A DNA stretch of 64,000 nucleotides from Eledone cirrhosa (GCA_964016885.1 OZ024742.1:273606001-273670000); one strand, 5' to 3'; shown: positions 38,457 to 54,715, numbered from the stretch's first letter. Notes: generated by a model not told the origin, from the letters alone. Numbers and translations are program-made.

Positions 38457-40841
38457 TATTATATATAACTCATATATATCATTTTTGTATTCTATTGTTT
38501 CATATTTTGTTTTGTTTTTCACCATTCGATTAATCATCTTCTATTCTAAAAATCTCATAATTAGTTTATGTATTTCTGGGTTGGGTTACGGCCTGATGTT
38601 ATTGATGCAATACAACAAACAGGATTTTCTTGTCTTTTATAATTATAATATCTGCTTCATTTGCTTTTATCTATACTTCATCTTTCCTGGCTCGTCCCTT
38701 ACTAGAATAACATTAACAGTCTTGGCAAACGTTACTGGTTTCTGGTCATACCAATTGCAAGGAGTGTAATGTTACATCTGCTGCATATTTTCCAATGTAT
38801 ATATGCAGTTGTGTTGTTGTAGCGATGGATATATTTGTTTCTGTCAATATTTGTTAGCCGGACATAATGAGGTCAATATAAGTTTCATATATTCTACACA
38901 AATTATTCGCGACATCTTTGATGCTGGGATGGTGAATTAAATTGGTAATATTTGGGTTGGCAATGGTAAAAATACTATTTTTGCTTTGAATCCTATTCTA
39001 TTGATGCATTGATTTGTCTGTTGTTGGCAAGTAACTGCTGTTTAATCAACACGACATAACACATGATCACTCTCTCTAAATCATATACATCTCAACCTTT
39101 AGCCACTTTTTGATTGTACGATTTTCATTTTTATTTTCATCTTTTATAGCCCTTATCCAATATATATTAACACAATCCCTTTGATTTCAACTTTTCATGT
39201 TCCCATTGAAATGGTCTACGCTTGAATATGGGGCATACAGGCCATAAAACATTATATACATTATACTTTCCTAAAAGTACGTAGTGAAACCTAGCATAAT
39301 AATCTTACTAATCTTAATTAGCAGTGTATTATGTATCTATCTATGACGCTATCTTTATCTTTTTCTTTTTCTATATGCATATATACATACAACATGCATA
39401 TGCACATATATATAAGTGAGCGTGTGTGTATGTGGTGGAGTGTTTGTGTGTGTTTCATTTTTCTCTAGGAAGAAAATTTGGAGAGTCGAATAAATATCGG
39501 TTAGAATAGATCACATGTGCACGAGACAACATGAAAGGACGAGAGATCGATTAACATAAAATTGATTTTAATAGAAAATAACTTATTTAATGTGAATTTA
39601 ATGTGAATTAACCCTCGAGGGAAACACGTGTATTGTAAAAAAATATATGGAACCTGTTGTCTTTGATTTACCAATTTCCCGTGTACCGCGGCGTGAATAT
39701 ATATTTCATCGAATATATAATTCAACTTGTGCGAAGTTTCGTCTAAATCACTGGATAGTTACCTATCTATTAACAAACATGAATACAAACACACACTCAC
39801 ATACATACACGTACAGGCACACATATATGTGTGTATCTGCATTTGTATTAGTGGGTATTGGTTTGTGTGTATGTGTGTGTGTGTAGACGCATGTGCGTGT
39901 ATGCCTGTGTGTTTGTTTGAATGTGTACGTACGCGCGTGTATGTGTGTGTGAAAATGCGGGGGTATATATATGTTTATGTTTGTGAATGTGTTTTCGTAC
40001 ACCAGAGATACCAGTGGGGGATCACTTTGCATGAAATTGATAAATATATATATATAAATATCCTGTATTCTGAGAATAATTCGTGGGAATAGGATCATCG
40101 CTCGAATTTTTGATACATATCGAAACATTTGAACGAAGCATTTCGGAACAATCCTAGATAATGTATTGCGAGAGGGCGGTCAGTATGTGAAAATGGTGTC
40201 AGGAAACGATAGGTTTCAACAGTATTGGTTCTGTTCAGCAAAGCATACATGAAAGAGTAGGGGTTATTCGACGTTATATGAATATTCGCCGAAATACATT
40301 GCAGAAAAATATCGTTATGTGAAACGTGAAGGAGAGACGGGTGATCTCACGTATATTCAAAGTCTGTTAACGGTAAAATACTTAAAGTACTATCAGATTA
40401 TTCAATACACACATACACGGACTCACACACACGCACAGTCACACACACACATGGACACACATACACAAACACACGCAAACACACGCAAACGCACACACAC
40501 ATACAAGCACACACACACAAACTCACAAATATATATATATGTGTATAAATTAGGTATACATTTAAAGTTGAACTCGAAGAATTCACCGTAAATTTGACTA
40601 AATGAAATACTTTGAAAACAACGGGGCGTACAAGCCAGCAGCCCGAAAAAAAAACAAAACAAAACTAAAACAATAGACATGACGACACCAATGTTTTGCG
40701 TTCTGCTCTCCGTAATGATTAGACTGCTTTATTGTGTCAAATTCATGGCGAAATTCTCTATTTCAATTTTCAAATTCCTCATTCTGTTTCATAAACATAC
40801 TTGCTTTTCCTCTTCTCATTTTCCCTCTCCAGGTCTCACCT

Positions 40842-40942
<101 letters not shown>

Positions 40943-41499
40943 AAGAGAGAGAGAACAAGAGAGAGAAAGATGAATAAATCTCGCGATGCTGAGACCATAG
41001 AGACCACTAATCATAATCTTTCCACATGCCGTCTATACATAACCCATGACTCACACGCATACACATATTCTAACAGTACACATGCGGCATACACTTTCAC
41101 CTTGGTCTCCATTGAGATTCCTCGCCTGCACAACTGACGGTTGCTGAGCCTTACAAATGTTTATGTTTTCCTAACACGCAGATCAATTTCTTCACTCAGA
41201 GAGCAGGTCACACTCACAGTACTCACTAAACACACAAATCTCTCAGCAGCCTTCAGCTTTTGACCGTATACAAATATGGAGGGTTAGTTGAAAACTTTAT
41301 CCAGAGTGGGTTGTTACATGATCACTATTTTTTCAGATTGATCGTCACTCCCAAAACATTGCACGTATTGGAAATAGAATCCATAACGAGTTGCATGTCA
41401 CTCTGGGGCTGTGCGAAGACATCACGCTCACCTTCATACAGACATTCTCTGAACAAATTACTCAGTAACTTAGTGCGACGCTTGGGGTTGAACAGCAGG

Positions 41500-43296
41500 A
41501 CATAAAGAGGGGCTAGAATACATACCAGATAGAGAAAACAGCAACAAACCTAACGACAACTACACTATCCACACCTATAGAAATAACAAACATAGGAGTA
41601 AGCATAGAATTAGACAACGAGCACAAAAAATAACTGAACCGAACACTAATATAAGGACCCCTAAGAACTATAGAAGATCCAGAGATAGAAAATACTTATG
41701 GTTCAATGCAATATTCAACTCCTCTATAAAAACCAAACTACCTTCTACATTCTTTAAGCTAATCGACAAACACTTCTATAAACAACACAAATACCATAGA
41801 GTATTTAATAGAAGGACTATCAAACTATTTTACTCTACTGCAGCCAACATAGAATCACACATACATAAAATCAACCACAAAAATATCTCTAAAGAAACTA
41901 ACCTACCAACATTCACCATAGCACCAAATACAAAACGCAAACACATAACGACATCGCAACCACAAACACATCATGGCGCATCACAACAAAATACTAATAG
42001 GCCTAAATCTCAACCGACCCACAGCAACATACAAAACAGCAACGGAGAATCTGCACACAGAAAAGCCTCCAACTGTAACTGCCACCTATCGGATAAGTGC
42101 ATACTGCAAAATAGATGCCTGGATTTGAGTATGGTGTTCCTGTGTACTGTAAATTCAGGCAACAACTTTACTTGGCACTACATAGGTTCCACGGTTGGGG
42201 AGTTAAAAAAAGGAGGTACGTCCACAGACACTCCATGAAGAACCGTAGACTGGAGAACTCTACGACGCTCGCCAATAAAATCTGACAGTTTAAAAACAGA
42301 AACCAGGAATATAGGATTAGCAGGTCAAAATTATCGGGAGCAAGGGCTTACGACAATGGGATGTCCCGCTGCGGACTTTGTAATATGGAGCTATTCCATA
42401 TTTTAAGGTACGATAAGATGCTGCTTAACAGCAAAATAGAAAGATCAATTTTCTGTAGGCATAAAATAGCTACCAAGTTCACAAATTTCAAAACCACCGT
42501 GATTCGAGCCAGCAATCCCAAAATTAGAACTGAACCTCCTGGATTGTAACGCATGGAATACACACCATCACACCGCTAATAGCTGTCAAACGGCCAACTG
42601 GTCACTAGATCAGAAATCTCTTAACATCTCTTTCACCCTCTCTCCCTGAAACCGCATCAACCCCATTAAGACAAGACAATCAGCAAAACATTAACCACAC
42701 ACATTTGTCAAACCTCCCTTCACCATCCACCCTTAGCCCTTTGATCTCATACTAATATCTCCCAATTAATTTCTAATTTATTGCTTTTTCTTTTATCTGT
42801 CACTACCTCAGACTCTCTACACGTATCTATGTATCTCTCGAATATGACTTTTCATGTTAGCACTAAAACCACCACAGAATCCTTTCACGTACACTTACTC
42901 ACCACCACCACTATCATATTCTGTACTTATATGCTGTCACTTATCCTTATTTTTTATATATTCTTTTATTTTTCCGTTTTCTTACTTTTTTACTGTATCT
43001 TTTTTCATATCTTTTACTTTTTACATCTGTAACTTCTCTACCTATTTATCATATATATTTTATTATTGATGTTATTGATTTGATTATACGCTATTTTTCT
43101 ATATATATCTTGCCTTGTATGAATTATTTTTGTATTCTGAGGATTTGATCAGAGCTAAATAATGTAACGGAGATCGAGTGACGCAACTTCGAGCGATTAG
43201 CGGCCTCTAGACTCACCTGATCAATGAAACAATTGTTAATACCTGAAATAAAGCCCCTTGTTGTATAACCAACCATGTTACTCTTCATTCTTTCAC

Positions 43297-43305
<9 letters not shown>
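41500..43305 (+). mobile_element. PLE 3' portion (RT tail, GIY-YIG, 3' UTR/pLTR)
   Basis: WFN..KLIDKHF..HKYHRVFNRRTIKL, CNCHLSDKCILQNRC, YIGST, CGLCNME..LLNSK..CRHK; hammerhead and AATAAA at the end. Confidence 0.85.
43132..43242 (+). ncRNA. Type-I hammerhead ribozyme with ~80-nt extended helix II
   Basis: GTATT-CTGAGGA-T-TTGATCAG..CTGATCAA-T-GAAA-CAATTG-TT-AATAC, then AATAAA. Confidence 0.8.
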
Positions 43306-43332
<27 letters not shown>

Positions 43333-43336
43333 CGTG

Positions 43337-43390
<54 letters not shown>

Positions 43391-43470
43391 CGTATGTGTG
43401 CATGTGTGTGTGTGTATGTGTATATATATATTTGTATGAATACTTGTGTGTGTATATATGCGTGCAACCA

Positions 43471-44760
<1,290 letters not shown>

Positions 44761-45170
44761 TCTCTCTGTCTAACGGCCTACTCTCTCTCTTTTCCCCTCC
44801 CTCTGTTTTTCTGTCGTCGCTCGCATAAGTAAAAAAAATCTTCCCAAAAAATCTTCCAGATATTCCGTTCGTGCATAGTATATGAACAATTCTATGTGCT
44901 GCCACCTAGAATAGTGACCTCCTGGAGATGGTTCATCTTCTGCCTGACTGCAAAACGTGTATCATTGTATAGACGTGGTTATTCAACGTTTCTCAAAAGG
45001 ATGATGGAAGTTCCAATCTTTTATATTATATGTAGATATAGATATAGATAATTAACATAAAAGAAGTCCGTCAATGAAAAAAGGTCCCTATTTACTTGAA
45101 ATGGTTTATACAAATGCCAAATTAATATGGATATGGATAATATGCTTATCTATATGTGGTCAGCTATAAT

Positions 45171-45347
45171 AATTGTTTCTACTTTAGGCACAAGGCCAGC
45201 AATTACCCAGTACATTACTGGTACTTTATTTTATCGACCCCATAAGGATGAAAAGCAAAGTCAACCTCGGCGGAATTTGAACTCAGATCGTAAAGGGACG
45301 TAACTATGCTGGAAAGCATGGCGTCCAACCCTCCACCGATACTGTGC
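45171..45347 (-). mobile_element. SINE, 11-bp TSD
   Basis: TSD TCAGCTATAAT at 45160 and 45348. Confidence 0.9.
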
Positions 45348-45907
45348 TCAGCTATAATTATAAAACAACAAATTATATGACACAAAAATTTATTCAGTAA
45401 TTTCCAGGTTCTTAACCACTGAGTAATAGACAGTCAATGTTGCCCAGAGTTCAACTCGAGGTGGCCTGGTTTGAACTCCAAATGGCGGATCCTGCTACTT
45501 CGAAAATAGAATCGTTTTTCAATATTACTCTAGCTCTGGCCGTCCATAGGATCCAACCTTTTTGCTAGACTCAGCATATGATGATGTTTTATTACCACCG
45601 CAATCAGAAGCGACGCACGCAAACTTACACACCCACACACTCACACATGTTGATAGTTTTTTACTTTCTGTGGAACGAACACATATGTCTCTACACTAAC
45701 ACATATACATAGTAAATGAACCAATGATAATCGATAATTATGACACACGGAATACTGACATTGTTGAAATTAATATATATATATATATATATATCGGCCT
45801 GTCCGCCTAGCCAATGGGATGACGTCATCGTATGGCTAAACACAGCACGTGCTGTGACCAGCGGCCCCGAGTGGCGCCCGACAAACTGGGAGATTAAGGG
45901 GATCAAG

Positions 45908-45981
<74 letters not shown>

Positions 45982-46000
45982 TGGAGGGAGAGAGAGAGAA

Positions 46001-46066
<66 letters not shown>

Positions 46067-46286
46067 CAGACAAGTGACACACGAGTTGCTATCAATAAAA
46101 ATAATTTAAAAAAAAAACCCAAAACTGTAGAAATTTCTAAAGAGATTTTCTCTCGGAATAACATTAAAACATCTATTTACAAAATAGGAAATTACGCATT
46201 AATAGTACCGGTCTCATCTCTTACGCTTTTTCACAAAACGGAAGTGTTTATTGCAATTAAATTGCATATTAATATGAATTAGAGGA

Positions 46287-46323
<37 letters not shown>

Positions 46324-46387
46324 CAGACACACACAAAGAGACATACACACACACACAAACAGAAACACACACACATATATATAATAC

Positions 46388-46463
46388 AAGGGCGATTTGT
46401 TAAGCCTTCATTATGTTTAATGACCAGTCAATAAACGTAATAAAGGCTTAACAAATCGTCCTT
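46388..46463. repeat. 76-bp imperfect palindrome between microsatellites
   Basis: AAGGGCGATTTGTTAAGCCTT..AAGGCTTAACAAATCGTCCTT. Confidence 0.85.
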
Positions 46464-46557
46464 CTATCATTATAATATTACATTACACTCTCTCTAGATC
46501 TATACCTCACCACTGACGGGAAAATAAACATCGAGCGCTGACCTAAGTAACTTATGG

Positions 46558-46592
<35 letters not shown>

Positions 46593-47243
46593 TTTTAAAA
46601 TCAACCAATCAGAAGGCTGATACATCTACTACTAGAACATAGTAAGTCAAACAATTCATATGTCTGCCGCCATCATAACAGGATCTGTATACATGGCCAA
46701 CAGCATATCCGAATGATTGCATAACCACACCTATAGATGTGTAAACATTTGATGAAATCACATTCATAACCATATAACAAACATTTACCATGCTATAATG
46801 TAATTATGGGGAAATAATCCCATCTTAACTATTCATATTTAATAAATGAATACTTCGTACTCCTAATCACGAACTCTTCGTTGGGGTAAATTACTGACGG
46901 GATGTACATTTGGATCGCACGGACCGGCTTATACTCAAGAAGCTACAACGTAACATATACGTATCAGCAACTTCTGCAATATTGATATACATATATACAT
47001 ATCTATCTATATACATAATAGAAGCATATTCGATTACATATGAAAGGTATGTATTGTGTAACTACATGTTACACACGTTTTTTTTCTTCTATTATATACA
47101 TTCTGCCTGGGCAAAAAGTAGTTGACTTGGTACCCATAGCAGTAATTCACTGAACCACCTACAATATGTCATTCCTTCTCTGTCTTTCTGTCACTCTTTC
47201 TCTCCCTCTCACCCACTCTCTCTATATTTCTCTCTCTCTCTCT

Positions 47244-47284
<41 letters not shown>

Positions 47285-47479
47285 ACAGCACATGACGGTA
47301 CAAATGGGCGTTTCTTCGTGTAAACCTACACATGCAACAAAACAAAACGATGTAACAATGAAACAAAGGAAAATTCCAAAAGCGTGGTGACTTCCGAGTG
47401 TCACTCATTGAGAAAACCTATTAAAAAAGCCACGATAACTCTAACCAACAAAGCATAAGCCCTCTCCCAGTTTTCCACC

Positions 47480-50360
47480 TTCAATCTACAGGTGCATACT
47501 AAGAGAAGTTTCATTCAATCGTGCCATGCTCGCTTCTCACAACCATCTTTCAACAAATTGCGGGGTAGGGAACATTTCCCCGTTTCCTTTGACATTCATT
47601 TTCAAATGATATTTGAAAAAGTTAATCAAGGCTTGGCCGAAAAGGTAAGTTCTAATGTTCAGCTCCACCAGACGCGTCCACTACATGACCTCTTTCGCCG
47701 TGGACACCAGGCAGATAAAAACAGCCTGATCTTCCAGCCTAAAGAAAGGCTGGTTGGGCAATCTTCACGATGGCTTCAGCTGATAGCCGGATACGTCCTA
47801 CACGTGACAGCAGGTGTTCGACAGATACCCATACCTCAGCAATACTCGGAGACTGGACGAGTGCATGCAGGTCGATTTCGTCGTCCTTCGCGTATCTCGG
47901 AAAGGTCGGCTGGCGACATTTCCAGCCCGTAGAGTTTATCCCGATCTTGCAAATGTCTTCTATAGCTCTGCCAGGCCAGGATTTTCTGGAAGTTCTCCGT
48001 GGGCTCCGGTCCCAAAAGTTGTCCTGATAAGATTGGCGACTTGATTTTCGTCGGTGCCCAGAGTCGTCGATCTTGCCCCGTACTAACCCTCTAAAAACGC
48101 CAAGGTGGAATTTCCACCGATCGCAGTGAACGCTTGGCTGAGCGCTGTGCGGACCTGTAGACATTCCTGTCTTCAAGTGCTTCTTCACGGTCTACGTTTG
48201 ACCCAAGATTACAGTTCCATCAAGGAGACGAGCTGTGGATAAACATGTCTAACAAACGGCGGCCACAAATTTTTTTCCGTCAAGGAAGAGGTGTAGATGC
48301 CGTAGTTTGAGGGCATATCTACGCAACATCAGCCACAGAATGCCGAGTCCTCCACTTAGCGGGTCTTGACAGCAGGTGGACCACCTGATCATCGGAGCGT
48401 GTCCCTTCCAGTGCACTCAGGTGAGACGTAGGAGAAGGCACGCCAGACAGGCGTTAGTATATGACGGATGTGATATACGCATTCGCAACCTGGGCTGGAC
48501 ATTTCAGGGATAGTAATGTCGTCTCAGGTTTTGACCGTTGGACGGCATGGACCTCCCACTCCAGGTGCCGATCTCAGGTCCACTGACTTTTCCTGGTTAA
48601 TCATTCTCCAGTGATCACCTCATAATATCTTAGTATAGTGCCGATTGCCTCGATGTAATTGGAGCACTACACGATAACGTTGAAGGCTTCGACGTATGCT
48701 GACATGGTTATCCCACATCCAAGTTTTTGTGGGACGCCGCTCATCGTCTCCTTTGTGTGTAGTAATGAATCGAGAGTCAATACGTACAAAAGGGATAAGA
48801 AGGGACAGCCATGGCAGATCGAGCGAATGACGTTGAATGGAATGATTCCGAAACATTACCGTTCACTCTCACTACAGAGCAAATGTTACTGTGCATGACA
48901 GCAATCCAGCCTCTGAAAACGGCCCCAAATCTGTGCGCCTAATAACAATTTTTGACTCTATCAAAAGATTTCGAAAAGATTTCTAAATTGATCCAAGGCC
49001 CCACCAGTGCCAGTTTCCATAGCTACCCTTTCAACGGCGTATCGCATGAGATGGAGGGTGTCGTGGATGGAGCTGTCTGGAATAACACATGTCTGTACCT
49101 CTCCCAACAGACCACAGACAAGGACCATCCTCTTTGCTAGCACCTTGGACAAAATCTTTAACTCTGCGTTTAACATAGTTATGGGCCTAAAATTGTCCCC
49201 CTTGTTCGCGTCCTATCTCAGCTGTTCCACCGCTCCTAGGTTCACAGAGCTGGGAATTACCCTGTTTTGCTGCCAGTTGCAGCAGACGTCCGCCATGAGG
49301 TCACCGAACAATCTAGCCTGAGTACGTAAAGTTCGTAGGGCAGACCATCCAAACTAGGCGATTTAACCATCGTGCTGTCAGCCTTTGCCTCCAGTACTTC
49401 AGCGGCCGTTATCGGCTTTCCGCAACATTTTTCCCCCGTGGCTGAGAGCCGCGGTAGTCCTTCGAGGTATGCACTAAAGTCCATCTCGCACTCCGGCTCG
49501 CCATTTTCCCCTAACAGCTGAGCGAAGTGCTGCTGAATAGCCGCACATATTTGCCAGCGTTCCTGTAGCATGTGCCCATCATGGTCCTCTAAAGGCTGGA
49601 TCATGACTTTTTCCCCAAAATTTCGCCGCAAGCACGTCGGTTGCGAAGCCTTTACTAAGCGCCTTGTCTAATTTTCTAACTATTTCTCCCTTTGCTCTAT
49701 TTTTCTCTATTGTTAACACCTTACTAATCCAAATGGATTCTATTCTAACCCTAACACTGTCTCTGTAAGCTTTTGTGTCGAGAATGAGGCATTGAGCTTT
49801 CAGGAACAAGGTCCTTGCCTAGGGTGTCTGAGTCAATTTCAAAGATCACAAATATGTGGTTCGTGTAGTCGACTAATTTAAGTCGACTACTTTAAATACG
49901 ATAGCCTTATCTCCCTCCCTACAGAGTACCCTATCTATATACGATCTTGATGACACGATCTTCTTTGCCCATGTTCACATTGGCACATACAGGTGATCCA
50001 AATGGAACCTGTCGGGCAATTAGAAACGTCTGATCAGGTTGGTGAGGCTTTGTACATTCGTCCTTTATATACTAACCCCATATAATCCCAGCGTTTATCT
50101 AAGATACCGTTCCAGGCGCCCACTGAAACACTAAAGGTCTCTTATCTAGCCGCCCTATCCCTGTCAGGGCATAAACAGCCACTAGACTGAAAGGATAGCC
50201 TTCACCGATGGGACGTCCAGCATTATCACCTTGCCTTCGGAGTCCAGTAAGATGGTCCATATAATGAGATCCAGGATTTTCCGAAATAATACAGCCATTT
50301 TGGCTCCAGATCGAGGACGGCTTAGAGGTATGTACACTTCGCACCTCCTTGAGCATATCT
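47480..50360 (-). mobile_element. Decayed Tx1/L1-clade LINE ORF2 (APE + RT)
   Basis: KSPSLDGLPYELY, RPITMLNAELKILSKVLAKRM, QTCVIPD..IHD.LHL, SAYVEA (YADD remnant), SYIDRV/YTNH APE remnants, GGLGI. Confidence 0.85.
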
Positions 50361-50369
50361 GCGCATATT

Positions 50370-51545
50370 CTTATTTTTAACCCTCTGAATTTATTTTTTT
50401 AACTTTGTATTCTACATATAGGTAATTTATTTGGCAGTTTGGGGGTATACTTGATGATGTTGGTGGTGTGTAGTAGTAGCCCTATGTAATGCTTGTATAT
50501 AATTGTATGTGTTTAATCAAATCATCATTGTCTGTGCTTACGGCAGTGTATTTTTTAAACGGGATGGGTTTTGTTTTGTTGTTGTTTTTCTTGTTGCTCT
50601 TGCTGGATGTGTGTGCTTTGTTGTGTTAGTGGTGCCATTGTTGTTAGTGGTGATGGTGTTGTTAGTGGAGTTTGTGATGTTGGTGGTGGTGCCACTATAA
50701 GTTGCCTTGTAGCTTTTACTATTTTTGGTTTTCCTCGCTTTTGAAGTGCGAAGCTGCGCTGTTTTTACATTTTTTGAGTGCCATTCCCGAAGTTTATTAC
50801 GTCAGGGATAGCGCCGATGCAGTTATGGTCGGTTTGGTTGAACATCTCCATCACAATACTGGGCCACTTGATGTTTCTACATTAGTCAATGTGGAGTTGA
50901 ATGAGGATGTGCGTGTTTGAGTTGTTCATTAATACGAGATTGAAGTGCTCGAGTCGTGCTACCAATGTAGAACTCATTACATTTGTTGCATTGAATCCGG
51001 TATATCACATACCTGTATCGCAGATAGGGCAGTTAGTCAGCGAGTATTGATTGTTGTCTCTGGATTTTTAGACAGGTCTCTGCGCAGTGAAGGTCCGTAG
51101 TTTGCTAACTGTATGTCCAGTCCTTCTTTGCGGCTAGCTCTGCGGATAACTGTTGTTATGCTTTCGCGGAAATGTGATAATTTCATGAAGTAGTTGTTAG
51201 GGGAGGTCTTATGAATGCAGCGCTTTCGATTTTTAAGTCGATACATTGTGGATGTTTGGTATCCGTTCGTCTTCAGTACATCTATGGAGTGTGTAGTGGG
51301 AGTAATCTGCTCCTCTGTCTTGCTACATTTATTCCGGATACGCGTAAGTTCATTTTATTATTTATCCAGTTTTAGCACGAAGTGGAAGGGCTGATCTATA
51401 ATGCACAAGCAGGTCTCCGCTGGCAGTTTTCTTATAGGAGTTGGTGTATATATTACATTCATCTGTTACTCTAAGTTGGATGTCCAGCAGAGACAAGGAA
51501 CCATTTTTATCGGGGTTTTCTGTGGTAAATCGTATGTTGTTATCT
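50370..51545 (-). mobile_element. PLE 3' fragment (RT tail + GIY-YIG)
   Basis: Minus strand VIYRIQCNKCNEFYIGSTTRALQSRINEQ at ~50925-51010; YKKTASGDLLVHYRSALP upstream. Confidence 0.85.
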
Positions 51546-51789
51546 CATCTTACAGTCCATTTTGCATTCTGTAGATTTCTACCTCTTTCAACGTTATATA
51601 TTTTATACAATGCTTCAAGCAAACTATAACATGTTATCTATCTATATATATACAGATAGATACATATATGCGTATATGCATCCATACAAATAAAATATGC
51701 AAATATATGTTTGTCTGTGTGCGTTTGGTATATATGTATGTGTGAAAGTATAGAAGCACTTCTCCTTAAGCAAAGACTCTAGAATAGGA

Positions 51790-52415
51790 TGAAGGATTCT
51801 AGAATAGCAAAACAACTCTTTTAAGGAAAACGACCTCCTCATAAACCAAAAAGAGGTATAAGGATTCGGTGAAAGCATACTTGAAAGACGCTAACATCTC
51901 TTCTGATACATGGAAAAGCCTAGCTGCTGATCGTAATAAATGAAGAACGACTTTACATCTGGGGAAAATCGCTTTTGAAGCATCTCGAATAGCATACGAG
52001 AAAGTAAAAAGGGATGTCAGGAAAGGCATTGTTGTTGCCTTTCCAGACAGCAAAGGTCCTCCTATGGCGCTGACAAAGCGAGACTCGAAAGTCATTTTCG
52101 CAGTCCTAAAGTGAGACCAGTGGTTGACTACCAGGCTGCTGTCGGAGAGGCTGCTCATCATACCTGTCAAGCAAGTGGAAGAAAGTGTTAATCAGCAGGA
52201 TGGTTCAAACGACAGGTAAAAGTACACGAAATCGAACCACAATTGGTTATTGTCAGTGAATGTTTTGGTTGCCAACTCTGCGCAAGACATTTTAGATCAT
52301 TGGCTCGGCTAAAAATTTACATTCAGTCGCCGCACCGTTAATTATTAATATATATGTTTCTTTGATTTTTTTTTTCGTGCAATGCCCATACACGATAACG
52401 AGGGGGCAGCCATCA
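51790..52415 (+). mobile_element. RTE LINE 3' fragment
   Basis: KKRYKDSVKAYLKDANISSDTWKSLAADRNK*R..GKIAFE is typical of an RTE C-terminus. Confidence 0.75.
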
Positions 52416-52514
52416 TATACATATATATAGGTAGTGGAGGTCAAATTGAATTGCGTTCAAAGACGGTATTCCGAGATGCACACTCGATGCTCTTGGGGTG
52501 GTAGAGTATCAATA

Positions 52515-52703
52515 ATAATAAATGGGAAGAAAGAATCATTATTGCATCATATACATATCTAATTTCATATTACATGTGTTTCAATGCCAATCAGCTCGAG
52601 GAACGATCGAATAATGGTCTTTCCTCGAGCTGGTCAGCGGTGAAACATATGTAATATATAATTAAATATACATATGATGCAATACTGATTCTTTGTTCCC
52701 ATT

Positions 52704-52709
<6 letters not shown>
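52515..52709. repeat. Fold-back made of two hammerhead 3' halves, centred on helix II
   Basis: Arms 52515-52603 and 52621-52709. Each strand reads ..GAAA-CA(T/C)ATG-TA-ATAT; the inner stem is CAGCTCGAGGAA/TTCCTCGAGCTG; no CUGANGA. Confidence 0.85.
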
Positions 52710-52752
<43 letters not shown>

Positions 52753-52757
52753 GAAAC

Positions 52758-52850
<93 letters not shown>

Positions 52851-54715
52851 AAAGGGGGAAGATAAATAGATATAGAGATATAGATTCAAGGCGCTTTCTA
52901 CACTCGACGAATGATCTATAGATTTCTACCAGCAAAAAGCCAATAAATATTAGTAATTCATACTAGTTCATAATAGTAACAATATATTTTGTATTGTACG
53001 CTTCAAAAGAGATTAATAACCTTATTGATTAGACAGACAGTATTGAGCTTACTTATTAATAATATACATCTTTATTATTAATTGATGTAAAAGAGCAAGA
53101 AAGAACCAATTCTCATTTACCAATTTTAAATACTCGATATTCTGGTTCATCTATTCTTTGATGTTCAATATACTTTTTTCCTTTTATTTTATTTTTAACA
53201 TCCACCCTTTCATACTCTTTCTTTAGCATCTGCAATCTAATGTATAGTTTAAAAAGTTAGCAAGACAAGATATCTAGGATATAAGAGACAAAGAATAAAA
53301 ATCAAATTACAAATAAAAATCAAGTTATGATGGAAAAAAGAGAATGTGTTAGAAAGTAAATTGTATCTGTTTATGAATTGATCTAATATAGTTCAAGTCT
53401 TTGATGTGTAAAAAAATATTGCACAATGATTATTCCGATATGCACTATGTAAAGTAATCTTAGGTTTTCAGGACGTTGGCATGTGACTATCTTTATTTGA
53501 ATAATGCTTTATTTCTTCTTATCGTTACAGCATAATATTGGAGAATCTTTTGTTTTCAATGTGTGACGATACCAAGTGGCTTATAGGATGGTTGATCACT
53601 TCGCTGTTTGCAGTCTGTAGCTTTTCTTATTCGGCCTAATATTTTTCCCTAATTAGCTTGCATACATGAAAGTAGGATATATATTTTCCAACATCACGGC
53701 GTTCACATATAATCACGTGCGCACAGACACACAGTTCACATGAACTCGCATGCATATATATATGTGGTAATTTTGTAATGATTTTGTAATAATTTTTAAT
53801 CCTGTATCAATAATTTTGGAATGTTTTTTTGTGATAATACGGGGTTAGATCACTGAAGCTACCTTGTACCTTCTTAAGGATACATTTTATGATTATTGTC
53901 TTTTAGCTTATGTATTTTCTTAGTTACCACTTTCTTTAAACTTGCCCAACTTGATAAACTCCTTGAATTGCTACATAATTAAATTGCTTAAATTGCTTAG
54001 ATTATTGTACCTATTATGCCTAAGTTGTATCTGTTGAAGAAGCCCTTTGAAAATTCCTCGGATATCCCAAATACCGTAATTTTTAATTTTTAACTTTTAA
54101 TGTATAATTTTCCTCAATTCGTTTTTATATTTATCCTCAAAGGCTCTCTAAAATTTTAATTCTTCGAAGGGTCTCTCGGAAGAGGTTCCTACTGGAAATA
54201 GTAAAGGGGCCTTTTCTGAGAGATTTATGGAAGGCTCTCTGTATTAACCTCTAATTGATTAGTTTCTTTCAACCTAGTTTTCAATTCAGTTTTCTGAATT
54301 TTGTAAACGTGATCTCGGGGAAGAAGGTTTTTTTCTTTCGGAAAAAATGTTTTTCTCTAGAAGAAATTTCATAGGAACTCTATATATTTTTTAGGGAAAC
54401 TTTATATTTTTATTTTCTTATTTTATTAGCCTCTTAATTTTCTTCTAGACTAATAGGTGTATTGGAGCCTGTAAGCTTTATGCACTCATTGAGGGATTTT
54501 CTGAGGTACTTCTGCGGGACCCCAAGTCTCTTGGTTTAATGTTGATGCGTGAATTATATATTTTTGTCTAATTTTTAAACTTCAATCCCTGACCCCGACA
54601 ACTAATATAAAAGAGCCCCCCTTAAAGCGGAGTTGCTGATGTATAAAACAATTTCAAACTGCTAGCCTTGAGTGATACGTTGATGTAAACAATGATCTTG
54701 CAATCACATGTTATA

